Part shown: positions 63,438-64,000 of the stretch, in pieces
Layout of the letters: every line of letters starts with the position of its first letter
Position numbering within the stretch: position 1 is the first letter of the stretch
Origin: Octopus vulgaris
Taxonomy: Eukaryota
NCBI GenBank assembly: GCA_951406725.2
Contig: OX597822.1
Span: 94,612,001-94,676,000, forward strand
Direction of reading: 5' to 3'
Length of the DNA: 64,000 nt
Position numbers and translations under genes: made by a program
Notes under the pieces: model-generated
Databases searched by the model: none
Told to the model about the DNA's origin: nothing
The model's input: the letters and a program-made list of their open reading frames with translations, nothing else

Positions 63438-64000
63438 ATTGGGTTGATGAAAAAGTAATCGCGGTTTTTTAGTGTGAAATAAAAGTCATTTATTTTTTTT
63501 CATACAAAGAATGAATTTTCATCAATTATATATTTTCCATTTGTTCGATGACCTTTTGCCATCTTTCTGGCAAATTCGTGATTCCGTGCTCATAGAACTT
63601 CTCGTACTTATCAGCTAAAAACTGAAGCAAGTGTGATTTCAGGTCATCGTCATTATCGAAAGTTTTACCTTTCAAAGAATTTTGCAAACTTCGAAATAAA
63701 TGGTAATCTGATGGTGCAAGGTCAGGGCTATATGGTGGATGTCACATCACTTCCCAACCAAGCTCCAATAATTTTTCCCAAGTTAGCAAAGATATGTGTG
63801 GAACACAATTCCTTTATGATTTGCCTATTCCGGCCATTTTTCTTTGATTGCTTCCTCCAGTTTCATTAGTTGTTGACAGTAAACATCTGAATTGATCGCT
63901 TGGTTCCTTGGAAGCAGCTCAAAATACACAGCACCTTTGTTATCCCACCAAGTTGACTGCATAACCATTTGTTTGATGCAATTCTGTTTTCGATTAGGTT
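63438..64000 (-). mobile_element. Mariner element, 3' part, truncated by the window end
   Basis: TIR TTGGGTTGATGAAAAAGTAATCGCGGTTTT; minus strand LPERWQKVIEQ and PDLAPSDYHLF-like. Confidence 0.8.

Overview
Eukaryotic, AT-rich and repeat-saturated DNA. The SINE families, the dense (TA)n/(CA)n/(TAGA)n/(TATG)n microsatellites and the LINE content look like an octopus/coleoid cephalopod genome (inference). Almost all ORFs in the track are microsatellite artefacts or transposon debris. The one long genuine ORF is an apparently intact R4/Dong-clade RT+RLE retrotransposon (16831-20550, -). It sits in a (TAA)n array, head-to-tail with an older internally deleted Dong relative and back-to-back with a 5'-truncated RTE. 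Other elements: Tc1/mariner fossils, a nested hAT with 8-bp TSD, piggyBac/pogo-like MITEs, a telomere-repeat-carrying MITE, Helitron pieces, and HERO/CR1/BovB ends. Non-coding highlights are a minimal type-I hammerhead ribozyme in a (TA)n-flanked Penelope-like island (33494-33562, -), several long inverted repeats, and a dual-strand open Gly-rich/His-Cys-rich minisatellite. A probable host gene of unknown identity starts at ~55.8 kb (E-box + CRE promoter, 52-codon first exon, CpG-retaining first intron). All calls were made by eye; no searches were run.
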